Below, piece after piece: positions 30,526 through 32,000 of a stretch of DNA of 32,000 bases. Under the pieces are notes generated by a model. That model was not told where the DNA came from, searched no databases, and worked only from the letters and a program-made list of their open reading frames with translations. Origin of the DNA: Candidatus Saccharimonadota bacterium (GTDB taxonomy: Bacteria > Pseudomonadota > Gammaproteobacteria > Enterobacterales > Enterobacteriaceae); the NCBI GenBank assembly GCA_049942965.1, contig CP188088.1, forward strand, positions 1 through 32,000, in the 5' to 3' direction. Position numbers and translations under genes: made by a program. Positions within the stretch are counted from its first letter, which is position 1. The number at the start of each line of letters is the position of its first letter.

Positions 30526-32000
30526 ATGATAGTAGATTTCTACAAAAAAAAAAATAAAACAACATGCAATTCTTATTTAAATAAAAACTACGATTCTTTT
30601 TTGAATTTAGATTACTTAAAGAAGAAAAGAATAAAAAAAAAACAATAATATATTTTAAAAAACTTTCAAGAAAAAAAAAGTTGTTTATTAATAAAATAAT
30701 AAGGTTATTTAAAAAACATCAACAATTAAATTCATTTATAGAATCTCATTCTGATTTTTTTGAATCTTTAAACATTTTTATTGGAAGAATTATAGGGAAT
30801 CGAGATGGTTATGGATTTCTTAAAGTTAGTTCGTTAGAAAAAGATGTTTGGGTTTCTGTAAATCAAATGAAAAAATGTATACATGGAGATATTGTTTTAT
30901 CTTTTGTCAAATTAGATAAAAAAAGAAAAAACAGATTTAAAGCGATTATATTTTTTGTTTTAAAGGAAAACAAATCTTTAATCATAGGAAGATGTTCTGT
31001 TGAACGTAGTAATTCGTTATATTTTATTCCAAATGATGATCGTTATTCTTTTAGGATAAAAGTAAATACAAATACAAATAGAAAAAAACATTTGTTAAAT
31101 AATATGATTTTATCGGTTAGATTAATTAAAAGACCTAAAAATAATTTAGAAGCTATTGGAGAAATTGTTGAAATTTTTGGTAAAAAAATAAATACTGATT
31201 TGGCAATTGAAATTGCTTTGAAAACTCAATCAATTCCTTTTTTATGGAATCATAAGATAAATTCAGAACTGAAAAATATTTCTAAAAGTTTTTCTAAGGA
31301 AAAATATTTAAATAGAACTGATTTAAGAAACATTCCATTTGTAACTATAGACGATGAATCATCATATGATTTCGATGATGCTATTTTTTGTACTGAACTA
31401 GAAAAAAAAAAATGGAAAATACTGGTTGCAATTTCAGATGTTAGTCATTATGTTTTACCAGGAACTGAGATAGATAAAGAAGCAAAAAACAGAAGTAATT
31501 CAATATATTTTCCTTCAAAAGTTATTCCAATGCTTCCAGAAAAATTATCAGTTGATATTTGTTCTTTAAATCCTAAAGAAGATAGGCTTGTTTTGGTTTG
31601 TGAAATATATTTGTCTGATTCAGGAGAAATTATAAAATATAATCATTTTGAAGCAGTAATTAGATCTGTTTGTAGATTAAATTATTCTGAAGTATATCAA
31701 GTATGGAAAAAAGAAAGTAGTTGTTTGTCTGAAAAACATAAAAAAATAATGAATGAGTTAAACAATTTAAATAAATTATATATTTTTTTAAAAAATTCTA
31801 AATTTTTTAAAAACAGAATAATGTTTAATACAAATGATCCTGAATTTATTTTAGGAAAACACTCTAAGTTAATAAGTATTAATATTAAAAAAAGAAATTG
31901 TGTTCATAAATTAGTTGAATTTTGTATGATATTAGCTAATACAGTTTCTGCTATTTTTGTAAAAGAAAACAAAGAACCTGTTTTATTCAGAGAACATGCT
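30526..32000 (+). CDS. rnr: Ribonuclease R (VacB), 5' portion; interrupted by a frameshift in an A10 tract (30633-30642) and continuing beyond the window
   Basis: ATG at 30526 with GGGGA 8 nt upstream opens a 40-codon frame (MIVDFYKKK...DSFLNLDYLKKKRIKKKQ*) that resembles the E. coli RNase R N-terminus (DPFQ...REFILEHLTKREKP). The main frame is open from 30585 to 32000 and carries GNRDGYGFLKV, FVTIDDESSYDFDDAIFC, VAISDVSHYV, SIYFPSKVIPMLPEKLSVDICSLNP and HKLVEFCMILAN. It has no ATG before residue ~95. One extra A in the tract fuses the two frames. It is absent from the ORF track because no stop occurs before the window end. Confidence 0.88.

Overview
The window is extremely AT-rich and lysine-, isoleucine- and asparagine-rich, with compact gamma-proteobacterial housekeeping genes. 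Gene order and composition look like an obligate insect endosymbiont of the Buchnera aphidicola type; that assignment is inferred from synteny and composition, not from a search.

Gene order is: yfgM (frameshifted), der, then the minus-strand Fe-S operon fdx-hscA-hscB // iscU-iscS. This is followed by tRNA-Trp, ilvD, ilvC, trxA, rho, tRNA-Arg/His/Pro, cyaY, dapF, an orphan 481-aa ORF and epmA. The rest is fpr, hslU, hslV, rpmE, tRNA-Gly, orn, pgi, miaA, purA and the 5' part of rnr (frameshifted, running off the window). I see no rRNA, transposase, phage, CRISPR-cas or recognisable defence genes.

The outstanding anomaly is a 2.16-kb array of about 31 near-identical 69-bp tandem repeats at 5012-7171. 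The unit is about 43% GC and carries three GATC sites and nested palindromes. The array is wedged inside the isc/hsc operon between hscB and iscU, where E. coli carries iscA.

Secondary points of interest:
- An acidic orphan protein sits behind a 1.56-kb non-coding desert.
- Two genes are broken exactly at poly(A) tracts in a way that one extra A would repair.
- A cluster of DnaA-box consensus motifs lies upstream of yfgM.
- HscA lacks its C-terminal lid.
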